Shown: piece by piece, positions 50,733-59,428 of the stretch
Layout: every line of letters begins with the position of its first letter
Numbering within the stretch: position 1 is the stretch's first letter
Made by a program: the position numbers and the translations under genes
Source of the DNA: Opitutales bacterium
GTDB taxonomy: Bacteria > Verrucomicrobiota > Verrucomicrobiia > Opitutales > PNEW01
NCBI GenBank assembly: GCA_965197745.1
Contig: CBDANS010000007.1
Span: 1,052,306 to 1,116,305, forward strand
Reading direction: 5' to 3'
DNA length: 64,000 nucleotides
The notes under the pieces: model-generated
Told to the model about the DNA's origin: nothing
Database searches by the model: none
The model's input: the letters and a program-made list of their open reading frames with translations, nothing else

Positions 50733-52065
50733 AAAATCCAAGGACACGAAAAGCTAATCCTGGCCGCATGAGGCTTTCTGGTGGTTTAACCAAGGACAAT
50801 GTATCCAGCAACGCCCGTCGGACTTCTAACCTTTTTTCGGCTTTGGCAAACAGACGTTTAACATACCAATTGATAAAATTCAGTTTCAAAGGTCTTCTGC
50901 CACGGGTCTGTGGATAAGCAAGATCAGACCCAGAAGTCAGTTCCCACGCCCAGTTTGCGCCAACGTTACCCATCTGGCTCCGAAATCTATCTGAAAATCC
51001 ATTCAGGGTGCTGCCTTTTTCGGCGAGAGCTGAGAGACTATTCCACAGGAACACACCCTCTTTAGCAGCCTTTGTCATGCCTTGGCCATAAATTGGATTA
51101 AGTTTACATACTGCATCACCCATGACTAATAATCTATCAGGAAAAGTCTTCAGGCGATCGAAACGTTGTAAGTGGCACGATGGGATCCGGTAGCTTCTGA
51201 ACTCCGAAACTGGTGTGGCATTTTGAAGGAATTCTGAAATATCGGGTGCATCCAATTTTTGAGCGAAAGCTTGGAAACCAGCGTCGTCTGAAGGGGCATT
51301 CTCACCGAAGTATCCCCAAAGAGTTACAATCCATTGATTGTCTTCAACTCTCTCCATTACACCCCCGAGCCATCCCTTAGGCGCATTCGGATTGAGTAAA
51401 AGCAAATTCCAATCAGGTGAAAATTCTGGAGCTTTGAAAAGGCGACTGGTGTAAGAAATGTCAACCTCTACAATTTCTGTTTCAGGTGCATCAAAACCCA
51501 AGCCAAGCAACTCTTTCGGTAGTGTGGATGCACTACCACGAGCATCAACTGTGAGATCGGAGTCGAGTTGAATTTCTTTATCTGGACCCCTGGCAACAAT
51601 GCCCATGACGCTTTTTCCTGATGGATCGGTTATCCACTCTGAGAATCTATAACCCTGCATGAACTCGACATTATTAAGACCTGCTACATATTGCCTAAGG
51701 TAGTATTCGTAAAACGGTCGGGTCGATCCGATAAAAGTTTGGTTGGTTTCTCCTCGTGCCAACCATTTGCCGAAATGTCTCCACTTCAATTCACTTCCTC
51801 CATCAAAGATGTGTGCCCCATTAGAAACCAGTTGCTCAATTACCTCTGGCATTAACTGCTTTAAAGCTTCGTAAGAGGGTGGTAATATTCCGTGAATGTG
51901 ATTCCCTTGTGGCACTCCCTTTCGTGGACTAAAATGTGTCTCCAAGTTGTCCCTCTCGACAACAACAACTCTCTCGAAGAAGTCAGCCAATGCACGAGCC
52001 GCGAAAAGTCCAGCGACACTTGCGCCAACAACTACAGCTTGACTGGAAAGCAAATGTTTAGCCAT
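50731..52065 (-). CDS. FAD-dependent monooxygenase/oxidoreductase
   Basis: VVVGASVAGLFAARAL...VVVVERD dinucleotide-binding motif. 444 aa. Confidence 0.8.
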   Translation of the reverse strand: MAKHLLSSQAVVVGASVAGLFAARALADFFERVVVVERDNLETHFSPRKGVPQGNHIHGILPPSYEALKQLMPEVIEQLVSNGAHIFDGGSELKWRHFGKWLARGETNQTFIGSTRPFYEYYLRQYVAGLNNVEFMQGYRFSEWITDPSGKSVMGIVARGPDKEIQLDSDLTVDARGSASTLPKELLGLGFDAPETEIVEVDISYTSRLFKAPEFSPDWNLLLLNPNAPKGWLGGVMERVEDNQWIVTLWGYFGENAPSDDAGFQAFAQKLDAPDISEFLQNATPVSEFRSYRIPSCHLQRFDRLKTFPDRLLVMGDAVCKLNPIYGQGMTKAAKEGVFLWNSLSALAEKGSTLNGFSDRFRSQMGNVGANWAWELTSGSDLAYPQTRGRRPLKLNFINWYVKRLFAKAEKRLEVRRALLDTLSLVKPPESLMRPGLAFRVLGF

Positions 52066-52093
52066 AACCTAACATACCCCTCTCAAATATAAC

Positions 52094-54112
52094 TTACTCC
52101 TCCAACCCCACCTTCCTCACAAGCTCTATGAAACGGGGATCTGATCGAAGAAAGTCAAATGCTGGCGTTATCTTTAAGAATCTAAGAATAACACCTCGGT
52201 GCTCGTAGACTTGCTCAAGAAACTCCAAGGTTTGTTCCTTTTCGTTTAACTCAGCATATAGCAAAGCGAATGCATAATAGGGTGGAAATCCATGCCTCGC
52301 AATAATAGCTTTTTTCTGCGCTTGCTCGAGTGATTCTAAAGCTTTTTCCTTCTGCCCCATTTTGACATAGAAGTGAGCAAGATAATAATCAGGGTCCTTA
52401 TTTTTCTCGGAGTATATGAAGTTTCTATAGTCTAGACCATTGAATTCAAGAAAACATACACCGATTTTAGGATCAGCCTCGAGTTTGGGTGGAAGAGACA
52501 TTGGGATTCCTGTCCGTTTATACTTGATCACATTTTTACAGAAAAGCCACAACGTTTCCTCATCTATAGAGATAGCCTTCTGCTCAGACCACCGACTGAA
52601 CGCATCGACAGCCTCGTCAATCCTTTCAGCCTTAAGATGTAATACCCCTATATTATTCAAATACCATTGTACTGCCTGGCGTTCCGGGTAAAGCATGATT
52701 GTCTTTTCATACTGCTGAATAGCTGCATCGTCCTGTCCTGCAATTTCAAGCAACATTGCGAGCGCACCATTGTAGGTGTGAGATATAGGATCCAACTCCA
52801 AGGCCTTATTTCCTCCCATCAAAGCCTCATCAAAACGACCCATGCTCGCCAGCATCATCGAATACCAATGGTGTGTGTCCGCATATTCCGGGTTTGAATC
52901 AATGGCCAGCAGAAATTCCTTTTCGGCACCACGCATGTCGTAGCTGTTACGCTTCATAAAACCAAGGAGGGCATGAGCTTCGGCAAGGTTCGGGTCAAGA
53001 GTGAGAGCATTCTCCAATGCTTCTTGGCTTTGTGTGATGTAGTCCTTTCTAAATGCAATTCTTTCAGCTACTGATATGTTTTCTGGAGGACGGTTTTGCG
53101 AAAAGAGAATAGCACTAGCAAGACCAGAGTATGCGAGCGCATAGTTTGGATCCAAGGCAATGGCCTCCTTGAAGTGTTTAATTGCAGTTTTTAAATATTC
53201 CGTTGTCTGCTCATCCGTGACGATTCGTTTGTTCCAAAGATAAAGACCTTGAAGGTAATGGTCGTAAGCTTCGATATTTGTAGTCGAGAGTTTAATTAAA
53301 GGAGCACCTGCTTTACCTATGAGTTTAACATGAAGTGCATTGGCAATTGCCTGTGAGATTTCATCTTGGATGGCGAAGACGCTCTTTAACTCTCGTTCAT
53401 AAGTCTTCGACCAGAGATGAAAGTTATCAGCAGCATTGTTAAGTTGAGCTGTGATCCGGATGGAGTTTCCCTCCTTTCGCACGCTCCCTTCGAGCACGGT
53501 TGTGACGTTGAGTTGCTCGCCAATCGTGGATATGGCCTCATTTCTGAGACGAAACGAAGAGGTTCGAGCAGCTACACGCAACCCTTCGACCTGAGCGAGA
53601 GCGTTCAGGATTTCCTCTGCCATACCCTCGCCGAAGTATTCCTGATCTTTATTCGGGCTCATGTCGCGGAAGGGGAGGACGGCGATGGACTTAATCACAG
53701 ACTCCGGTTCAGGCTCGGGCTCCGGTGCAGGTGCATTTCTCATTATTAAATACCCAATGACAGTTACCGCTAACAGCAATAATGGGATCAGACCGCCCAG
53801 GGCTGTGTTCCGCCATGTGAAAATCTTATGCCGATGAACCTTTTCCTCAGTGCCCCCTGTCGTTGAAGTGTCATCATCACCTGTCTGTTGGGGCTTTACC
53901 CTTTCCTGGACAAAGGCTGTTGCCACAACCATCGGGAAGCCGACAAGGAGCAACACTATTGCCATTGTTGGAGACCACTCAGGTAAACCGAGACTGGTCG
54001 TTAAATGCTGAACGACCTGCAAGACAATCCAACTGCCAACAAGGTAGATTAATATCACCTGCCATAGTGAACGTCGATGAATCTCGTGGATAAGCTTGGT
54101 TAAGCTGGGCAT
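52094..54112 (-). CDS. Membrane-anchored TolB-N-like/TPR repeat protein (intact paralogue)
   Basis: N-terminal TM pair. [25 protein letters not shown]...[19 protein letters not shown]. Multiple TPR units follow. Confidence 0.85.
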   Translation of the reverse strand: MPSLTKLIHEIHRRSLWQVILIYLVGSWIVLQVVQHLTTSLGLPEWSPTMAIVLLLVGFPMVVATAFVQERVKPQQTGDDDTSTTGGTEEKVHRHKIFTWRNTALGGLIPLLLLAVTVIGYLIMRNAPAPEPEPEPESVIKSIAVLPFRDMSPNKDQEYFGEGMAEEILNALAQVEGLRVAARTSSFRLRNEAISTIGEQLNVTTVLEGSVRKEGNSIRITAQLNNAADNFHLWSKTYERELKSVFAIQDEISQAIANALHVKLIGKAGAPLIKLSTTNIEAYDHYLQGLYLWNKRIVTDEQTTEYLKTAIKHFKEAIALDPNYALAYSGLASAILFSQNRPPENISVAERIAFRKDYITQSQEALENALTLDPNLAEAHALLGFMKRNSYDMRGAEKEFLLAIDSNPEYADTHHWYSMMLASMGRFDEALMGGNKALELDPISHTYNGALAMLLEIAGQDDAAIQQYEKTIMLYPERQAVQWYLNNIGVLHLKAERIDEAVDAFSRWSEQKAISIDEETLWLFCKNVIKYKRTGIPMSLPPKLEADPKIGVCFLEFNGLDYRNFIYSEKNKDPDYYLAHFYVKMGQKEKALESLEQAQKKAIIARHGFPPYYAFALLYAELNEKEQTLEFLEQVYEHRGVILRFLKITPAFDFLRSDPRFIELVRKVGLEE

Positions 54113-54227
54113 GGCTATTACAGCAAAGATGATGAATGCTCGTTAGGGAACTGGACCTTCAGCTTGAAGTTTTTGGATAAAACTGTAAAGGATGAAGCAA
54201 TTGACTGTGAGATGGGCTCTTTCTTAT

Positions 54228-54275
54228 ATTAACCATTCTCAAGCTTCAGCAAGAGAGTTTACAGAATTGCTTGAT
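54228..54275 (+). repeat. OR copy I (degenerate), attached to the TPR-gene leader
   Basis: TTAACCATTCTCAAGCTTCAGCAAGAGAG... Confidence 0.45.
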
Positions 54276-54375
54276 CCTATCGCTTCTATGAATAGGATGC
54301 CCAGTTAGCAGATGCGAAGAAGATAACTACAATATTTTAGGCCCCTTTACCCATCTCAACAATCAGGAGATTATA

Positions 54376-54717
54376 ATGATCTTTGAGATACGAAACTATC
54401 ATTTCAATCCAGCTCTTTTTGAATCCTACAAACAATGGGCAAAGAGCGAGGCGACTCCATATTTATTTAGCAAACTCGACATTGTTGGCTTCTGGGTAAA
54501 TACCAGTGACGAACCTGAAGTAAGGGGCCAGCCGCAAGACGATCTCGGATCAGCTAATATCACGTGGATTATCCGATGGAATGATATGGAACATCGGAAT
54601 AGAGTTCTCCCTGATGTTCTTTCAAGCCCTGAATGGCAGACAATTTTCACCAGAGTTCCTGGTGGTAGAGCAAGCTATCTGCGCATAGAGTCCAAATTTG
54701 CAGAGTCTCTTCAGTGA
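54376..54717 (+). CDS. NIPSNAP-family protein
   Basis: MIFEIRNYHFNP...; 113 aa with a dimeric alpha-beta-barrel profile. Confidence 0.75.
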   Translation: MIFEIRNYHFNPALFESYKQWAKSEATPYLFSKLDIVGFWVNTSDEPEVRGQPQDDLGSANITWIIRWNDMEHRNRVLPDVLSSPEWQTIFTRVPGGRASYLRIESKFAESLQ

Positions 54718-54725
54718 CAGCACTT

Positions 54726-54808
54726 CCTAACGTCTTGTGTCAAGCTACAGCGAGCGGTGAGAGCGTTTTGATGGGCTGGGGTATAGCTGAATACCCCTTG
54801 GGCTAACC
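54726..54808 (+). repeat. OR copy C
   Basis: CCTAACGTCTTGTGTCAAGCTACAGCGAGCGGTGAGAGCGTTTTGATGGGCTGGGGTAT-AGCTGA-ATACCCCTTGGGCTAACC. Confidence 0.85.
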
Positions 54809-54858
54809 AGCATTTTAAAATATTGTGGTCCCTACGAGAATAGGTTATTACGGATTGT

Positions 54859-55545
54859 ATGCAATCTAAGGTTGGAGCTGTTTCTGCAATTGCAGGAGCT
54901 ATTATTCTGCTCGTTGGAACTTCCCTACATCCTATGGAGGAAGATCCAAACGATCCAGTTGCCGCATTTACAGAATACGCAGATGACTCACTGTGGGTAG
55001 GCAGTCATTTAACTCAGTTACTAGGCATCGTTTTAATTGTAGCAGCACTTCTTACACTAACCCACCTATTGACTAATGATAAAGGTGGCGGGTGGTCACA
55101 GTTTGGCTCAGCGTTTGCTATTTCTAGTTTGGCCATTGCAGCGGCTCTTCAAGCTGTAGATGGTATTGCGCTAAAGGTGATGGTAGACAATTGGGTGGCT
55201 GCACCAGAATCAGAGAAGATGGCTATTTTTCATGCTACAATTGGCGTCAGGCAAGTTGATGTAGGACTGGCCAGCATGTTCAGTATGTTTATCGGTTTAA
55301 CTGTGGTGCTGTATGGTGTATCTATTGTGATGACCGATCGGTTTCCGAGCTGGCTAGGGTTGATCGCAATCTTTGGTGGCGGTGCGACAGTAACAGCTGG
55401 TGTAATGTATGCGTATACGGGGTTTTCAAAAGTAGCAATGTCTGTAAGCATGCCAGCAAGCTTGTTACTATTGCTTTGGTTGATTGTTCTTGGGGTAAGA
55501 ATGTGGCGAGTAAGTAACAAATGTAATATTACACCCCATTCATAG
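54859..55545 (+). CDS. Integral membrane protein (about 6 TM helices by eye)
   Basis: Hydrophobic repeat pattern. Family not securely recognised. Confidence 0.6.
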   Translation: MQSKVGAVSAIAGAIILLVGTSLHPMEEDPNDPVAAFTEYADDSLWVGSHLTQLLGIVLIVAALLTLTHLLTNDKGGGWSQFGSAFAISSLAIAAALQAVDGIALKVMVDNWVAAPESEKMAIFHATIGVRQVDVGLASMFSMFIGLTVVLYGVSIVMTDRFPSWLGLIAIFGGGATVTAGVMYAYTGFSKVAMSVSMPASLLLLLWLIVLGVRMWRVSNKCNITPHS

Positions 55546-55615
55546 CTTACCATTCTCGAGCGCTGAAGAGTGATGAGAGCGTTTAGTTAGCAGAGGGTAT
55601 AGCTTATTTACCTTC
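55546..55615 (+). repeat. OR copy G (intact 5' half, degenerate hairpin)
   Basis: CTTACCATTCTCGAGCGCTGAAGAGTGATGAGAGCGTTTAGTTAGCAGAGGGTATAGCTTATTTACC. Confidence 0.75.
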
Positions 55616-55745
55616 AGTGACAAAACGCTGTGGTTACTCGCTGTCGCTGTTCAGAGGTAAAATAAATGCTATATCTATGACCCCTTTTAGCCTTTCTTTG
55701 TTCAGGGGTAAAATTGATTCTGCATCTTTGACCCCTTACAACTCC

Positions 55746-55803
55746 TCAACATTGACATCATTATCCGCATACGCGAATATACAGAACTTTAGAACCACTT
55801 GTT
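55746..55803 (+). promoter_or_regulatory. Conserved 58-bp upstream module, copy 1 (TTGACA ... TATACA)
   Basis: About 90% identical to 57793-57850. It ends 18 nt before the 55822 start. Confidence 0.4.
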
Positions 55804-55821
55804 ATCCCACGAGAGCCGACG

Positions 55822-56754
55822 ATGGTTATTGACTGCGAAACACACATATTCCCACGGTGCTTTGATTATCGTCGCTGTCACGTTGAGGACCAGCTCGAGG
55901 ATATGAATCGCTGCGGCGTGGATCGGACCTTCCTCACGTTCTACTGTGACAGTACGCTCACCTCGCCATGCGGGGAGATCACGGATCCCAGTATCAAGCG
56001 GTTCGGTGACAGTGATGCGGAAGTCTGGGACTACTTCAAGGAATCATGGCTCGCGCATCAAGATAGATTCTTCTTCTTCAGTGTTCCCGATCCTCGTGAG
56101 CCGGACTGTATCGAACGACTCGAGGAGCAGTGCGAACTTGGGCTCCACGGCATCGGAGAAACCCAGCCGGCAACGCAGAACATTTTTCCGAATGGTCCCG
56201 AGTTCATGCGTGTATATCGGTTCGCGGCTGACAGAGGATTGCCGGTTGTGCTGACCATGGAACGATGGGAGGAGTGCCTGTGCTTTCGCGGCAGATACTT
56301 CGATGAGTTCTTCGACATGTTTGAGCAAGTGATCCGGGAGTTTGAGGATGTCCGGTTCATGATCGGCCACAGCGGCGATTGCGGCAGTGTCCGTTCAAAG
56401 GATTGGGATACCTACCTGGAAAGCAACCTGCGGTGCTACGAATTGGCTGCAAAGCTGGACAATGTGTGGGTCTGCTCATGCATGCCATGGTGGTTTGCCG
56501 ACAACAAGGTCAATCCTCTCCTGGAACGACAGGTCAGGTTCCTTAGAGACCACGTGGGCTTCTCGAAGGTGACATGGGGCAGTGACTGGCCGTACAACGG
56601 TAGTGGTACGAGCTTCTCCTTCAGGAGTGACTACGGGACGGTGGTCGATTACTACCGTAACCTGCCATTCTGCAGTGAGGAGGAACTGGAGAGCCTCCTT
56701 GGCGGAGCGGCTTATGAGTTTGTCACCGGCCACAAGATCGACTCCGACAGCTAG
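55822..56754 (+). CDS. Amidohydrolase-2 (TIM-barrel metal-dependent hydrolase) family protein
   Basis: VIDCETHIFP N-terminal metal motif, HSGD, and WGSDWPY. Confidence 0.75.
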   Translation: MVIDCETHIFPRCFDYRRCHVEDQLEDMNRCGVDRTFLTFYCDSTLTSPCGEITDPSIKRFGDSDAEVWDYFKESWLAHQDRFFFFSVPDPREPDCIERLEEQCELGLHGIGETQPATQNIFPNGPEFMRVYRFAADRGLPVVLTMERWEECLCFRGRYFDEFFDMFEQVIREFEDVRFMIGHSGDCGSVRSKDWDTYLESNLRCYELAAKLDNVWVCSCMPWWFADNKVNPLLERQVRFLRDHVGFSKVTWGSDWPYNGSGTSFSFRSDYGTVVDYYRNLPFCSEEELESLLGGAAYEFVTGHKIDSDS

Positions 56755-56913
56755 GAAGACCCGCGTGGGTCAACCGATGCATAGTGCACCGGTTGTCCCA
56801 AATTACTAGATCGTCCGGCTGCCATCTGTGTCGGTAGACAAATTGGGGTTGTACTGCTAACGCAGTAAGCTCTCTCAGAATACGCCTGCTCCCCCGATCA
56901 AATTCAAGCGGCC

Positions 56914-57687
56914 TTAACCTTTAGGACTCACCGCTTTCTTCTCCAGTACTGCCTGGTAGCGATCCGTTTTAAATACGGCCTGATTGAGAGTTTCGTTTTT
57001 GCAGGTAACCTCACCCGTTACCCAATGGGTGACGTAGGCGCGACGCCAGCGATCTGAATAATTGCGGTGTGAACTGTGCAGCGTTTGAATTTGATGAAAT
57101 ACAACACCCCCTTTATGGACAGGAGCCAGTCCTTCATTCTTCATTTTAATATCCTCTTCTCTCGGTAAGAAGCTGTGCGGCTCAGCGGCTGATTTTTGGT
57201 AGTGAGGTATAATTCCTACTTTGTGTGACCCACTGATATAGCGCAGGCATCCGTTTTCTTCGTTTACATCGTCGAGCGCGATCCACGCGGTAATAACATG
57301 ATCTGCGGGAAAGCACTGGTAATGAAAGTTATCCTGGTGATAAGGTACGGGGCCTCCGTGATGAGGGGGTTTCAAGAATACCTGATCCTTTAACAACAAT
57401 GGAGTGTCACCTAAGAACTCCTCAATTACACTATTAAAACAGTCGTCTAAAACAAATTCTTGAAATGAAGGATGCTTGAAATATGGATTTGTAATTTTAC
57501 GGGGAATGACCTCCCCGCTTTCCAGTCGTTCCCCGGCTATGGCAGCTACATCGGGGCTTTTTATTTCTTCTTCAATTATCGTCGTCGCTGTCTTCGCTAT
57601 ACCGTCCACAACGGCATGATCAAATACCCCTTCGATCACGACCCATCCTTTTTCCAAATAGTGATCCATCTGTTCTTGAGTAACCAT
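56914..57687 (-). CDS. Phytanoyl-CoA dioxygenase (PhyH) family Fe(II)/2OG oxygenase
   Basis: YHQDNFHY (HxD), ISGSHK, and a distal His. Confidence 0.8.
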   Translation of the reverse strand: MVTQEQMDHYLEKGWVVIEGVFDHAVVDGIAKTATTIIEEEIKSPDVAAIAGERLESGEVIPRKITNPYFKHPSFQEFVLDDCFNSVIEEFLGDTPLLLKDQVFLKPPHHGGPVPYHQDNFHYQCFPADHVITAWIALDDVNEENGCLRYISGSHKVGIIPHYQKSAAEPHSFLPREEDIKMKNEGLAPVHKGGVVFHQIQTLHSSHRNYSDRWRRAYVTHWVTGEVTCKNETLNQAVFKTDRYQAVLEKKAVSPKG

Positions 57688-57792
57688 TTCTGAGCCCTTT
57701 TTCGTTTTATAAAAAATTTATCTTTTAATAGTGAGACTTCAATAATTAAAATCCAGATCGCTTTTATTCTCGGGGAAGGGGAGGAAAAGGGG

Positions 57793-57850
57793 TCAACATT
57801 GACAACATTACCAGCATACGCAAATATACAGAACTTTAGAACCACTTGTT
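57793..57850 (+). promoter_or_regulatory. Conserved 58-bp upstream module, copy 2
   Basis: See 55746-55803. Lies about 138 nt upstream of 57989. Confidence 0.4.
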
Positions 57851-57988
57851 GAGCGAAGGAAGATCAGAGCTAACACACAACAGCAAAAAGGAGGACAGAT
57901 GATGCAAGATTCAAATAGCGTCGTCGAGCCGCCGCACTCCATGGAACAGCCGCTTGCCGGGCCCGATCCCCGAGAGTAAATAACCACC

Positions 57989-59206
57989 ATGAACCTGACT
58001 TTGGAGCAAGGACAATTTTACGACGAAAACTGTTATCTCGTCGTAAAGGGGGCGTTTACGGATGAAGAGTTGGAGCGCCTGGATCGTGGAGTGTACGGGG
58101 CGGTCACATCCGGCAATTGCAGCAGCTGCGGAAAAGTCTATCCGGCGCCAGAGACTTTGTATATTGTTGAAGGACAGTACCAGGACGATCCGGACTTGTT
58201 GTTGATTGGCGAGCATCCGGCCGTTACCGGTCCGGTCGAATCGCTTCTTGGCGGTCACGCCTGTCTATCGGCCTTCGTTTCTTACTTGAAAACGCCCGGA
58301 GCCGTCGGCACCAGTGGCGATTACCAGGGGAGTCACCCCACCGGGCACTGCGACTACAAAACCTACCAGCAGGCGGGTTCGTCGTTCAACTGGCTATTTG
58401 CGATTATTCCGCTCACCGATCTCGATGAAGAGACCGGGTCGCTACTCGTTTCCCCCGGCTCGCACAGGGAGTCGAAGATCGTGCCGGTCACCGACAAGGT
58501 TAGCGAGGTCCATCGCGCGCAGGCGTCCGACATCGCGCCGTTGATCGATGCGGAACTGAAGCGGGGCGACCTTTGCTTTATGCACGAGTTCACCTGGCAC
58601 GAGGGCAAGGGCAACAGTTCCAATCACGACAGGTACGGGATCTACCTCAAGTACCGGGCCGTCAATGCACCGCCGGGATGCGGCCCGCAGTTGTTTCGCG
58701 AGAGAGCTTTCTCGGCGTTCAGCGAGGCGGGCAAGCGATTTGTGCCGCATCACGGGGGCCGGTCTTTTGCGGAGGCGCGGTTGATTATCGATCATGGGGG
58801 AAATTTCCTGCTCGTGGAAGGCGATGCCAGGGATTGGAAACTGCCGGGTGTGGCTCCGCTGGAAAAGCTAGTGAAGGAGTCGGTGACGGCCGATGTAATC
58901 AGGCAGCTGGATATGTTGCTACAGAAGAAATACGGTCTCGAGATCCCGTGGATGACTTACATTGCCGATTATCGCAACGGGGACGGCGTCCGCCGGGTAT
59001 ATGCCTACCAGGACAGCGGAGGGGCAACGGCCGCTCGCACACCCGGGCTGGAGTTCCGGTGGTGCAGCGGTGAGGAAATTCGGGCTCTCGCCGACAGTGG
59101 AAAACTGGAGTCCGAAGACGCGGTTGCGATTCACCGATGGGAAACCGAGGGTTGCGTGCGCGGAGTCGGCGAATCGATGGAGCGCGCGAAGAAGTTCGCT
59201 CAGTAG
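57989..59206 (+). CDS. PhyH-family dioxygenase with an extra C-terminal domain of about 150 aa
   Basis: HCD (HxD) and SPGSHRES motifs. The C-terminal extension is of unknown fold. Confidence 0.75.
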   Translation: MNLTLEQGQFYDENCYLVVKGAFTDEELERLDRGVYGAVTSGNCSSCGKVYPAPETLYIVEGQYQDDPDLLLIGEHPAVTGPVESLLGGHACLSAFVSYLKTPGAVGTSGDYQGSHPTGHCDYKTYQQAGSSFNWLFAIIPLTDLDEETGSLLVSPGSHRESKIVPVTDKVSEVHRAQASDIAPLIDAELKRGDLCFMHEFTWHEGKGNSSNHDRYGIYLKYRAVNAPPGCGPQLFRERAFSAFSEAGKRFVPHHGGRSFAEARLIIDHGGNFLLVEGDARDWKLPGVAPLEKLVKESVTADVIRQLDMLLQKKYGLEIPWMTYIADYRNGDGVRRVYAYQDSGGATAARTPGLEFRWCSGEEIRALADSGKLESEDAVAIHRWETEGCVRGVGESMERAKKFAQ

Positions 59207-59235
59207 CAACAGCCAACGGCGAAATCTATGCTATC

Positions 59236-59393
59236 GGGGGAGGTAGAGGAGATTACCCTCGCCTTATCCAATGATATAGAAGGTGAAGTAACCTGTCACT
59301 ATATCCAGGAGACGATCATTGGTAAACAACCGCTTAAAGTAACCCGTATAGGATTCGGTTTGCCCAGCGGTGGGGGCATTGTCTATGCCGACC
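59236..59393 (+). pseudogene. Diverged duplicate of the recR 3' region (equivalent to about 41862-42018)
   Basis: Encodes EEITLALSNDIEGEVTCHYIQETIIGKQPLKVTRIGFGLPSGGGIVYAD. About 85-90% nucleotide identity to recR. Confidence 0.85.
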
Positions 59394-59428
59394 CGAAACC
59401 CGCATAGGTAAAGGGGAAATTCTGCGTC
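59393..59428 (-). repeat. Inverted-repeat arm X core
   Basis: Reverse complement of 47701-47737. Confidence 0.8.

Noticed and set aside
52066-52093. 28-bp gap between the FAD-oxidoreductase and TPR genes (ACATACCCCTCTCAAATA, with GTTAGGT on the minus strand) as a minimal recombination site
   Set aside because: It shares only the ATACCCC half-arm with the oriented repeat. It is too short to distinguish from chance, so it is mentioned only as a place to look if the repeat model is pursued.
42452-55615. Classical integron cassette array with attC sites (CALIN)
   Set aside because: An attC reads RYYYAAC...GTTRRRY and folds as one long imperfect palindrome. These repeats are asymmetric. The YTAAC at the 5' side has no complementary GTTRR at the 3' side (copy C shows CTAAC at both ends, which is direct rather than inverted). 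The 5' and 3' halves cannot pair. No IntI-type integrase is present. The cassette-like layout is kept as a finding, but not as an integron.
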